In this document: one piece after another, positions 1-6,800 of the stretch
How positions within the stretch are numbered: the first letter of the stretch is position 1
Layout: the number at the start of each line of letters is the position of its first letter
NCBI GenBank assembly: GCA_021735045.1
Contig: JAIPHU010000002.1
Span: 30,001-62,000, forward strand
Source: Candidatus Omnitrophota bacterium
Lineage (GTDB): Bacteria > Omnitrophota > Gorgyraeia > Duberdicusellales > 4484-171
Direction: 5' to 3'
Length of the DNA stretch: 32,000 nt
Position numbers and translations under genes: made by a program
The notes under the pieces: generated by a model
Databases searched by the model: none
What the model saw: only the letters and a program-made list of their open reading frames with translations
Told to the model about the DNA's origin: nothing

Positions 1-617
1 GCTCCGGTTGAAAGAGGACAGGAAAAAGTATAGAAAGCTGTTTTGTAGTCATATATTTTATAGATATCAGATTTTTTCAGTTTATTTAGGGGCTTAATCC
101 CATTGATCAGTTCAATGAATTCACCGGATCCAGTAAATATGGCTGCTTTAACAAAGTTACGCAAAGCTTTTTCTTTTCGTCCAAAATTTTCTTTAATTGA
201 CAAGAAAGCATTGATTGCCAGCGCATAAACAATATCTCCAACTACAATTCCCAGATCATTACCGTTAAATTTTGCTTTTTTGTTTTTAGCTAAATAATTA
301 TCAAACATTGCATGCATCGAGGGTTTGCCACGGCGGGTTTCTGACTTATCAATTATATCATCATGGATTAGCATAAAGTTGTGAAGTAGTTCTATCGAAA
401 GCGCACTTTGGTAAAGTCCGGCTGCGGATTTATTTTTATAGCCTTGGTAACCAACTATAAATAAGATAGGTCGGATTCTTTTTCCCTTGCGGAGGCTAAA
501 ATCTTTAATTTTATTAAAAAGAATCGGTGAGATAGAAGATAAAGAGTAGTCTTTATCTAGTTTGGCGAGGAAACCAGAAAGATTCTTATCAATTTTCTTT
601 TTTATTTTTAAAAACAT
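1..617 (-). CDS. polyprenyl (farnesyl/geranylgeranyl) diphosphate synthase family protein. The N-terminal ~205 aa are present and the 3' end runs off the left edge.
   Basis: This gene is not in the ORF track because it has no stop in the window. My reverse-strand translation from ATG 617..615 reads MFLKIKKKIDKNLSGFLAKL...RKGKRIRPILFIVGYQGY...LSIELLHNFMLIHDDIIDKSETRRGKPSMH. This contains the first aspartate-rich DDxxD motif typical of trans-isoprenyl diphosphate synthases. Confidence 0.8.
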   Translation of the reverse strand, partial: MFLKIKKKIDKNLSGFLAKLDKDYSLSSISPILFNKIKDFSLRKGKRIRPILFIVGYQGYKNKSAAGLYQSALSIELLHNFMLIHDDIIDKSETRRGKPSMHAMFDNYLAKNKKAKFNGNDLGIVVGDIVYALAINAFLSIKENFGRKEKALRNFVKAAIFTGSGEFIELINGIKPLNKLKKSDIYKIYDYKTAFYTFSCPLSTG

Positions 618-623
618 TAATTT

Positions 624-651
624 ATGATAGCATATAAAAAAATAAAAACAA
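624..651 (-). promoter_or_regulatory. sigma70-like promoter, possibly producing a leaderless mRNA for the polyprenyl synthase gene
   Basis: On the - strand: TTGTTT (651..646), 16 nt spacer, TATCAT (629..624), 6 nt, then ATG (617). There is no SD. Confidence 0.45.
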
Positions 652-723
652 TTATTTTGAAAAATTATTATAAAAAAAAGATTATTAGTATTTATTTGCT
701 AAAATTAAAATAATTAAATAAAT

Positions 724-753
724 TTGCAAAACCTATCTTGATTGCGGTAGAAT
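724..753 (+). promoter_or_regulatory. candidate sigma70-like promoter for sufCB
   Basis: TTGCAA (724..729), 18 nt spacer, TAGAAT (748..753), about 36 nt upstream of ATG 790. Confidence 0.35.
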
Positions 754-789
754 AAATGTCCAAAATAAGTAGCTGGATAAGGTATTACT

Positions 790-1533
790 ATGGAAACTAT
801 ACTAAAAATTAGAAATTTAACAGTCGAGGTTGAAGGTAAGGCTATTTTGCGTAACCTGGACCTTGATATTGCAAAAAATCAAAACCTTATTCTGTTTGGC
901 CCGAATGGTTCTGGAAAATCAACTTTAATTGGGGCGATTATGGGGTTTGAAAACTATAAAGTAACTTCAGGGACTATTGAGTTTTCCGGTAAAAATATTA
1001 TCGGTTTAACTCCTGACCAGCGAGCAAGGCTGGGGATTGGGGTTATGTTTCAACATCCTCCTAAAATTAGAGGCATTCAGCTCAAGCAATTTATCGAGCT
1101 ACTTTCTGATAAAAGTAACAATAGCAAAGAAAAAGATAGTTTAGTTGAAACTTTAAATTTAAGCTATTTACTCGATCGGGATCTAAATGTAGATCTATCT
1201 GGAGGCGAGATTAAACGTTCTGAGTTGTTCCAAGTTTTGGTTCAAAGGCCTAAGTTATTGCTTTTAGACGAACCAGAATCAGGAGTTGATTTAGAAAACA
1301 TTGCGCTGATGGGTAAAGCATTGAATTCTTATCTTAAACGCCATAAACTTTCTGCATTAATTATAAGTCACACTGGCTATATTTTAGAATATATAAAAAC
1401 TAAGTATGCTTGTGTGATGCTTGAAGGTAAAGTTTGCTGTCATGACAATCCTACCAAAATTTTCTCTGAAATTAAAAGTGTAGGTTATGAGAGATGTAAA
1501 GATTGTCGATGTAGAAGTGGAATTAAAAAATAA
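790..1533 (+). CDS. sufC: Fe-S cluster assembly ATPase SufC (ABC-type ATPase)
   Basis: Walker A GPNGSGKST, ABC signature LSGGEIKR, Walker B LLLLDEPESGVD and H-loop ISHTG are present. It lies directly upstream of a SufB/D family gene. Confidence 0.85.
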   Translation: METILKIRNLTVEVEGKAILRNLDLDIAKNQNLILFGPNGSGKSTLIGAIMGFENYKVTSGTIEFSGKNIIGLTPDQRARLGIGVMFQHPPKIRGIQLKQFIELLSDKSNNSKEKDSLVETLNLSYLLDRDLNVDLSGGEIKRSELFQVLVQRPKLLLLDEPESGVDLENIALMGKALNSYLKRHKLSALIISHTGYILEYIKTKYACVMLEGKVCCHDNPTKIFSEIKSVGYERCKDCRCRSGIKK

Positions 1534-1535
1534 TT

Positions 1536-2636
1536 ATGACTAAAAAAATTAATCATAATTTCAATCAAGAAGATCAAGACAAAATTAAAAAAACTGGGCT
1601 TGATTTTTCGCAAAAAACTCGTTCAGCTTCTTTTATTCAACAAGATAATGATATTTTGTTCAATAAATCATTGCTTGACGGTATTGAAATTGAACCAATT
1701 GAGGCAGCTTTGAATAAATATCCTCAGATAAAAGAAAAATATTACGGAAAAGCTTTTAAGGAACTAAATAAAGAATATCCTAAAGAGACAGTTGGTGGTT
1801 ATTTTATCAGAATAAAAAAAGGCAAAAAAGTCGAATTTCCAATTCAATCTTGTTTGTTTTTAAAAAATAAAAAATTTAAACAAAAAGTTCATAATATAAT
1901 TGTTGCTGAAGAAGGTGCTCAGGCTCATATCATAACCGGTTGTGCTTCAGCTAAAGCAGCAGAAGAGGCATATCATTTAGGAATCTCAGAGTTTTTTGTA
2001 GAAAAAAATGCTTATCTTAACTTCACTATGATTCATCGCTGGGAAAAAGATATTGAAGTAAAGCCGATGAGTGTGGCTATAGTAAGTCAAGGTGGGTCAT
2101 TTGTCTCAAACTATATTTGTCTTAATCCGGTTAGAGATATCAAGATGTATCCTACTGCGGTATTAGCTAAAGATTGCAAAGCTACTTTTAGCTCACTTAT
2201 GGTAGCTTATCCTAACTGCATACAAGATATCGGCTCGAGAGTGATATTTAAAGAACCAGGGGCATCAGCTGAAATTATTTCACGTGCCGTTAGTTTAGGT
2301 GGAGAAGTTATTGCTCGAGGAGATCTAGATTCAAAAGCAGCTGGGATAAAAGCTCACCTAGAGTGCCGGGGTTTAATAGTTACCGAAACCGGTAAGATAC
2401 ATGCAATTCCAGAACTTAAGACAAAATATCGTGATGTTGATATGTCTCATGAGGCTGCAATTGGTAAAATTAGTAAAGATGAGATTAATTACCTAAGAGC
2501 AAGGGGGATACCTAAAGAAGAGGCACAATCTTTAATAATTCGTGGTTTTGTTGATGTAAATATTTTAGCTTTGCCTGAAGAGTTGCGTAAAGAAGTAGAT
2601 AAATTAGCAGATCAAACTCTAGAGAGTGGTCTTTAA
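1536..2636 (+). CDS. sufB: Fe-S cluster assembly scaffold, SufB/SufD family (short form)
   Basis: The C-terminal region ...DMSHEAAIGKISKDEINYLRARGIPKEEAQSLIIRGF matches the conserved SufB/SufD C-terminus. It starts 2 nt after the sufC stop, suggesting translational coupling. Confidence 0.75.
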   Translation: MTKKINHNFNQEDQDKIKKTGLDFSQKTRSASFIQQDNDILFNKSLLDGIEIEPIEAALNKYPQIKEKYYGKAFKELNKEYPKETVGGYFIRIKKGKKVEFPIQSCLFLKNKKFKQKVHNIIVAEEGAQAHIITGCASAKAAEEAYHLGISEFFVEKNAYLNFTMIHRWEKDIEVKPMSVAIVSQGGSFVSNYICLNPVRDIKMYPTAVLAKDCKATFSSLMVAYPNCIQDIGSRVIFKEPGASAEIISRAVSLGGEVIARGDLDSKAAGIKAHLECRGLIVTETGKIHAIPELKTKYRDVDMSHEAAIGKISKDEINYLRARGIPKEEAQSLIIRGFVDVNILALPEELRKEVDKLADQTLESGL

Positions 2637-2645
2637 TTTTTTTTG

Positions 2646-2673
2646 TTGCAATTTTTAGAAAAAACTATAGAAT
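2646..2673 (+). promoter_or_regulatory. candidate sigma70-like promoter for fbaB
   Basis: TTGCAA (2646..2651), 16 nt spacer, TAGAAT (2668..2673). These are the same hexamer pair as the sufC candidate promoter. Confidence 0.4.
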
Positions 2674-2726
2674 AAAGATTCTCTTACCAAGAATAAATAA
2701 TATATTCAGTCAAAGAAGGAGGAATA

Positions 2727-3779
2727 ATGAGCGATAAGATTAAACAAATCTTAGGGGATGATGCAAAAGATTTATTAGAACACAGTTGCCAAACTATCTC
2801 TAAGGATGACCTGCATCTACCAGGGTCTGATTTTGTGGATAAGATTCATGCTGGTTCTGATCGGCCCAACAACGTGTTAAGAAATTTACAGGAAACTCTT
2901 AATCACGGAAGGTTAGGCGGAACCGGTTATTTGTCGGTTCTACCGGTTGACCAGGGTATCGAACACACTGCCGGTGCATCATTTGCGCCAAATCCGATCT
3001 ATTTTGATCCAGAGAATATTGTAAAGTTAGCGATAGAAGGTGGTTGCAATGCAGTAGCCTCAACTCTGGGAGTATTAGGCATCGTTTCCCGGAAATATTG
3101 TCATAAAATACCTTTTATTGTAAAAATTAATCATAATGAGCTTCTAACCTATCCTAACTCATATGATCAAAGATTGTTTGCCAACGTGGAACAAGCATTT
3201 GAAATGGGAGCAACTGGAGTGGGTGCGACTATTTATTTTGGTTCAGCACAGTCTCGGCGTCAAATTGAAGAAATATCGGAAGCTTTTGCTCGTGCCCATG
3301 AGTTAGGAATGTATACAGTATTATGGTGTTACTTGCGTAATTCAGATTTTAAAAAAGATGGTAAAGACTATCATACGGCTGCTGATTTAACCGGGCAGGC
3401 AAATCATCTTGGGGTAACTATTGAAGCTGATATTATTAAGCAGAAACAACCTACTCTAAATGGTGGTTTTGATGCAATTGGTTTTGGTAAGACTCATCCT
3501 TTGATGTATGAAAAATTAAGTTCAAATCATCCTATTGATTTAACTCGTTATCAAGTTGCAAATTGTTATATGGGAAGAGCCGGTTTGATTAACTCCGGTG
3601 GAGCATCTGGGAAAAACGATATGCAACAAGCGGTAAAGACTGCAGTAATTAACAAACGAGCTGGAGGAATGGGTTTAATTTCAGGAAGAAAGGCTTTTCA
3701 GAAACCAATGGAAGAAGGAGTTGAAATTCTTAACGCTATCCAAGATGTTTATCTTGATCAAGAAATAACTATTGCCTAG
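2727..3779 (+). CDS. fbaB: class I fructose-bisphosphate aldolase (FbaB/DhnA type)
   Basis: The 350 aa protein is collinear with my recollection of E. coli FbaB (also 350 aa): [123 protein letters not shown] strong SD (GAAGGAGG) precedes it. Confidence 0.92.
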   Translation: MSDKIKQILGDDAKDLLEHSCQTISKDDLHLPGSDFVDKIHAGSDRPNNVLRNLQETLNHGRLGGTGYLSVLPVDQGIEHTAGASFAPNPIYFDPENIVKLAIEGGCNAVASTLGVLGIVSRKYCHKIPFIVKINHNELLTYPNSYDQRLFANVEQAFEMGATGVGATIYFGSAQSRRQIEEISEAFARAHELGMYTVLWCYLRNSDFKKDGKDYHTAADLTGQANHLGVTIEADIIKQKQPTLNGGFDAIGFGKTHPLMYEKLSSNHPIDLTRYQVANCYMGRAGLINSGGASGKNDMQQAVKTAVINKRAGGMGLISGRKAFQKPMEEGVEILNAIQDVYLDQEITIA

Positions 3780-3786
3780 GTGTAGT

Positions 3787-3811
3787 AAGGTATTCGCTAA
3801 ATAGTTGCATT
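3787..3811 (+). repeat. 25-bp direct repeat, copy 1 (AAGGTATTCGCTAAATAGTTGCATT)
   Basis: It matches 3862..3886 at 23/25 positions, 75 bp away. The two copies bracket a hairpin. Confidence 0.8.
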
Positions 3812-3819
3812 AAGTATAA

Positions 3820-3851
3820 GACACTACGCCGAGTAATTCGGCTTAAGTGTC
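3820..3851 (+). terminator. stem-loop downstream of fbaB, a possible terminator with no T-tract
   Basis: GACACT (3820..3825) pairs with AGTGTC (3846..3851), and GCCGA (3828..3832) pairs with TCGGC (3838..3842). A 5-nt loop closes the hairpin. It is followed by an A-rich rather than a T-rich run. Confidence 0.4.
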
Positions 3852-3861
3852 ATTAAAAATA

Positions 3862-3886
3862 AAGGTATCCGCTAAATAATTGCATT
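3862..3886 (+). repeat. 25-bp direct repeat, copy 2 (AAGGTATCCGCTAAATAATTGCATT)
   Basis: 23/25 identical to 3787..3811. Confidence 0.8.
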
Positions 3887-3909
3887 TTTAATGAGGAGGT
3901 GGAAGATGT

Positions 3910-3953
3910 GTTCAATCTTTGCGAAGCAAAGCGGTCCGAAGGACAAATTGAAC
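3910..3953 (+). other. compact GC-rich structured element in the ferredoxin upstream region (candidate RNA motif or small palindromic insertion)
   Basis: A closing 7-bp stem GTTCAAT (3910..3916) / ATTGAAC (3947..3953) encloses two hairpins. The first is CTTTGC-GAA-GCAAAG (3917..3931). The second is GTCC-GAA-GGAC (3934..3944). Both have GAA triloops. Confidence 0.45.
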
Positions 3954-4033
3954 CCATCGGTTTTAGTAATAGCAATTTTTCTTAAGAGATAAAGGATTTG
4001 CAAATTAGGAGATAAAAGCATAGGAGGTAAGAG

Positions 4034-4222
4034 ATGAAGGTAAAAGTTGATCCAGAAAAATGTATCGGTTGTCAAATGTGTGTGCAGGTTGCACCTGATC
4101 TATTTGAGATGAAAGAAGATAAAGCTGAAGCAAAGGTTGAAGAAGTGCCTGAAGACAAACAGGATGAAGCTAAACAATCCTCAGAACAATGTCCTGTAGA
4201 TGCAATCTCGATTGAAGAGTAA
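4034..4222 (+). CDS. small single-cluster ferredoxin
   Basis: CIGCQMC...CP cysteine pattern (Cx2Cx2C plus distal CP) in an acidic 62-aa protein. A strong SD (TAGGAGG) precedes it. Confidence 0.85.
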   Translation: MKVKVDPEKCIGCQMCVQVAPDLFEMKEDKAEAKVEEVPEDKQDEAKQSSEQCPVDAISIEE

Positions 4223-4247
4223 AAAAAGAATAATTTAATAAATTCGG

Positions 4248-4276
4248 CCCCGAAATCGTTTGGTTTCGGGGTTTTT
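4248..4276 (+). terminator. intrinsic terminator after the ferredoxin gene
   Basis: CCCCGAAA (4248..4255) pairs with TTTCGGGG (4264..4271), followed by TTTTT (4272..4276). Confidence 0.8.
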
Positions 4277-4282
4277 AATATC

Positions 4283-4311
4283 TTGCATGCTTATTTATTT
4301 TAAGATACAAT
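4283..4311 (+). promoter_or_regulatory. sigma70-like promoter for the response regulator / histidine kinase operon
   Basis: TTGCAT (4283..4288), 17 nt spacer, TACAAT (4306..4311). The predicted transcription start (TSS) near 4318 falls at the start of the octamer repeat. Confidence 0.55.
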
Positions 4312-4313
4312 TT

Positions 4314-4390
4314 AATTAACCAATTAACCAATTAACCAATTAACCAATTAACCAATTAACCAATTAACCAATTAACCAATTAACCAATTA
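4314..4390 (+). repeat. perfect tandem octamer repeat (AATTAACC) x9.6, G-free on the + strand, ending directly at ATG 4391
   Basis: Read directly: 9 complete AATTAACC units (4314..4385) plus AATTA (4386..4390). No mismatches and no SD. Confidence 0.97.
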
Positions 4391-5104
4391 ATGCCTTACT
4401 CAATCCTTTTAGTTGATGATGACAAAGTATTTCAGCAAGAATTCATAGCTTCTTTCGATGATTATTCAATCGTTCCTGCCTGTTCAGGAGAAGAAGCGCT
4501 AAAGATATTAAGCAAACCGCATGAAATCGATTTGGTTTTACTGGATGTGATGCTGCCTGGCCAACGGGGGACTAAAATCCTAAAAAAGTTAAAAAAAACC
4601 AAACCAGAGTTGAAAGTAATAATTTTAACTGGTTACAGCAACAAAGATATTGCCATTGAGGCCTTAAAGGCTGATGCTGATGATTATCTGGAAAAGCCCC
4701 TTGATTTAGAAAAGGCAGCGGCTATCTTTGAACAATACTTAAAGTATGGAACCAAAAGGAGTAATTTAGGCGCAAGTAGTATTGAAGAAAAAATTGCCAG
4801 GGTAAAAGAGTATATCCAGCGCAACTACCATACCCAAGTTTCTTTAAATGATGCTGCAAAAATAGTTTTTTTAAGCCCGAAATACTTAAGCCGGGTTTTT
4901 GCAAAGGTAACCGGTCAAGGGTTTAATCAATTTAAGCTTTCTTGTAAGATTGACAAAGCCAAAGAGCTGCTTCAGAAAAGTTCCTTAACTATTGAACAGA
5001 TTTCTTATCAATTAGGTTATCAAAATATCGAATCTTTTGTCCGGATTTTTAAAAAGTTTACTGGTAAAAGACCGACTCAATTTCGTAAAAAAAAGAAAAA
5101 ATGA
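4391..5104 (+). CDS. two-component response regulator, receiver domain plus AraC-type HTH output
   Basis: Receiver motifs LLVDDD, DLVLLDVMLPG and ILTGY are present. The C-terminal AraC HTH reads IEQISYQLGYQNIESFVRIFKKFTGKRPTQFR. Confidence 0.88.
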   Translation: MPYSILLVDDDKVFQQEFIASFDDYSIVPACSGEEALKILSKPHEIDLVLLDVMLPGQRGTKILKKLKKTKPELKVIILTGYSNKDIAIEALKADADDYLEKPLDLEKAAAIFEQYLKYGTKRSNLGASSIEEKIARVKEYIQRNYHTQVSLNDAAKIVFLSPKYLSRVFAKVTGQGFNQFKLSCKIDKAKELLQKSSLTIEQISYQLGYQNIESFVRIFKKFTGKRPTQFRKKKKK

Positions 5105-6621
5105 AACAAAATTTAATTTTATCTCAGTGTCGGCTTGCTAAATTAATTGATGAGCCAGTGATCACCTGTGATTTAGATAATAAAATTTTGCTTTGGAATC
5201 AGGGAGCCGAGAAAAAATACGGTTGGACAAAAGAAGAAGCACTAAATAAAGATGAAAATCAACTGCTAAAAACAAAAGCCAATCAAGATTTTCGCCAAAT
5301 TAAAAAAGAAATTAAAAAGAAGGGGAAATGGGAAGGTGAGTTAGTTCAGGAAAAAAGTGATGGTAGAAAAATTATTGCCTGGAGCAAATGGGTTTATGAT
5401 CGAGATCAAGCCGGAAATCCGATCGCAATAATTAAAATTAACAATGAAATCACTCACCAAAAAAGAATGGAAAGTGCCCTAGAGAACGCTTATCAGGAAT
5501 CAGAAAAAACTGCAATTAAACGTACGATAGAGCTGCAAGAAGCAAATGAACTTTTGGCCCGAATATTTTCGTCAACTTATGTTCTTTTTGCTTATCTGGA
5601 TATCAACTTTAATTTTATCACTGTGAATAAAGCTTATGCTGATGCAGAAGGAAAATCGATCGATTATTTTCCCGGCAAAAATCATTTCGATCTTTATCCT
5701 AATCAAGAAAATTTAGAAATATTTAAAAAAGTGCTGGCAACCGGAAAAACCTATCTTTGTTACGAAAAACCCTTTATTTATCCAGATCAGCCGCAAAAAG
5801 TCACTTATTGGGACTGGACTCTGGAGCCGATTAAAGATCCTTTTGGCGAGGTGGAAGGGTTACTTTTATGTTTAGTAGATGTAACCGAAAGAAAACTGCA
5901 ACAAAAAGAACTGATTGAGACCGAGAAAGAATTGTCTGGTGCTCAGCGTTTATCCAGTCTAGGAACATTGTCGGCAAGTATCGCTCATCAATTGCGCACT
6001 CCTTTAGCGGTGATTAAAATGGCTACCTTTAATATTAAAAGAAAAAGCAAGAATCCCGAAATTGCAAAACATATTGAAAATATTGAGAAAAAAATATCAG
6101 AAAGCAGCCATACGATCACCAACCTCTTAGCTTATTCTCGCCTGAAGCAACCGGATTTTGAAGAAGTTTATCTGGATCAGTTGTTGACTGATTGCATCAA
6201 AACTCACCAAAAACTATTTTCGAAAAAAAAGATTAGAATCAAAAGAGATTTAAAAAGTTTAAAAAAAGTTTTATTTAAATTAGATTCCTATCAAGCCCAA
6301 GAAATTTTTAATAATATTCTCACCAATGCTTGTCAAGCTTCGGCTGAAAAGAGCACGGTTGAAGTCAAAGCCGAAAAAGGAAGCGACTTTAAATTTTTAA
6401 TTAAAATTTCCGACCAAGGTTTGGGGATTAATAAAGAAAATATAAAAAGAATCTTTGAGCCGTTTTTCTCCCGCAAAAAAACAGGCACCGGCCTCGGTTT
6501 AAGTTTGGTTAAAGAGTTAGTGGACCTAAATCGGGGAAAAATCAATATAGAGAGCAAAGAAGGAAGAGGAACCACAGTTACTCTAGAATTTTCCGCCGAA
6601 AGCATACCTGCCCGTACTTAA
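5101..6621 (+). CDS. PAS-domain sensor histidine kinase
   Basis: Two PAS-like regions are present, with H-box SIAHQLRTPL, N-box NNILTNACQA, and G-boxes DQGLGI and GTGLGLSLV. Its start overlaps the response regulator stop (ATGA). Confidence 0.88.
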   Translation: MKQNLILSQCRLAKLIDEPVITCDLDNKILLWNQGAEKKYGWTKEEALNKDENQLLKTKANQDFRQIKKEIKKKGKWEGELVQEKSDGRKIIAWSKWVYDRDQAGNPIAIIKINNEITHQKRMESALENAYQESEKTAIKRTIELQEANELLARIFSSTYVLFAYLDINFNFITVNKAYADAEGKSIDYFPGKNHFDLYPNQENLEIFKKVLATGKTYLCYEKPFIYPDQPQKVTYWDWTLEPIKDPFGEVEGLLLCLVDVTERKLQQKELIETEKELSGAQRLSSLGTLSASIAHQLRTPLAVIKMATFNIKRKSKNPEIAKHIENIEKKISESSHTITNLLAYSRLKQPDFEEVYLDQLLTDCIKTHQKLFSKKKIRIKRDLKSLKKVLFKLDSYQAQEIFNNILTNACQASAEKSTVEVKAEKGSDFKFLIKISDQGLGINKENIKRIFEPFFSRKKTGTGLGLSLVKELVDLNRGKINIESKEGRGTTVTLEFSAESIPART

Positions 6622-6654
6622 TCTAATTTTTTTACAGTATTTTTTATTTTTTTC

Positions 6655-6687
6655 AATCACTACAATCGTATTTTAATCACTGTAATC
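6655..6687 (+). repeat. two 13-bp direct repeats AATCACT(AC/GT)AATC with 20-bp period, upstream of the polX promoter
   Basis: AATCACTACAATC (6655..6667) and AATCACTGTAATC (6675..6687). Confidence 0.6.
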
Positions 6688-6700
6688 TCTGTATAAATTA

Positions 6701-6763
6701 GTAGAAAAAAGTCAAAAAAAGGGAGAAACTCCCAGTTTCTTTATTGTTTAGATTAGTTAATAT
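6701..6763 (+). promoter_or_regulatory. conserved bipartite motif plus promoter, copy 1 (upstream of polX)
   Basis: GTAGAAAAAAGTCAAAA (6701..6717), N14, CCAGTT (6732..6737). The -35 position is TTTCTT (6736..6741), followed by a 16 nt spacer and TAATAT (6758..6763). Confidence 0.55.
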
Positions 6764-6800
6764 ATAGTTAACTAAAGAATATAAAACAAGGGAGCATCCT

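Noticed and set aside
3891-3992. A small + strand ORF (MRRWK)MCSIFAKQSGPKDKLNPSVLVIAIFLKR preceded by GAGGAGG.
   Set aside because: The SD-like GAGGAGG lies inside the longer version of the ORF and only 5 nt from the inner ATG. The ORF coincides with the GC-rich stem-loop element at 3910..3953. I cannot show coding potential from one sequence, so I mention it only as a possible leader peptide.
3872-4075. A 67-aa ORF on the - strand in the fbaB-ferredoxin spacer.
   Set aside because: It runs antisense across the structured spacer and into the ferredoxin start. It has no SD and no recognisable motif, and its sequence is low-complexity and hydrophobic, typical of AT-rich shadow frames.
4314-4390. 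The AATTAACC array as a CRISPR array or a transposon end.
   Set aside because: The units are contiguous with no spacers, the unit is only 8 bp, and no cas or transposase genes are nearby. It is a simple tandem repeat.
4722-4904. A 60-aa antisense ORF inside the response-regulator gene. Similar antisense or overlapping ORFs occur at 6333..6605, 6893..7180, 9220..9441, 10629..10913, 11176..11385, 11285..11557, 19999..20181, 22263..22475, 23694..23885, 25686..25907, 25920..26174, 25966..26163, 27613..27939, 29180..29368, 29292..29513 and 31406..31600.
   Set aside because: All lie opposite to, or overlap, well-supported genes with clear family motifs. They lack SD sequences and recognisable domains, and they have the skewed composition expected of shadow ORFs.
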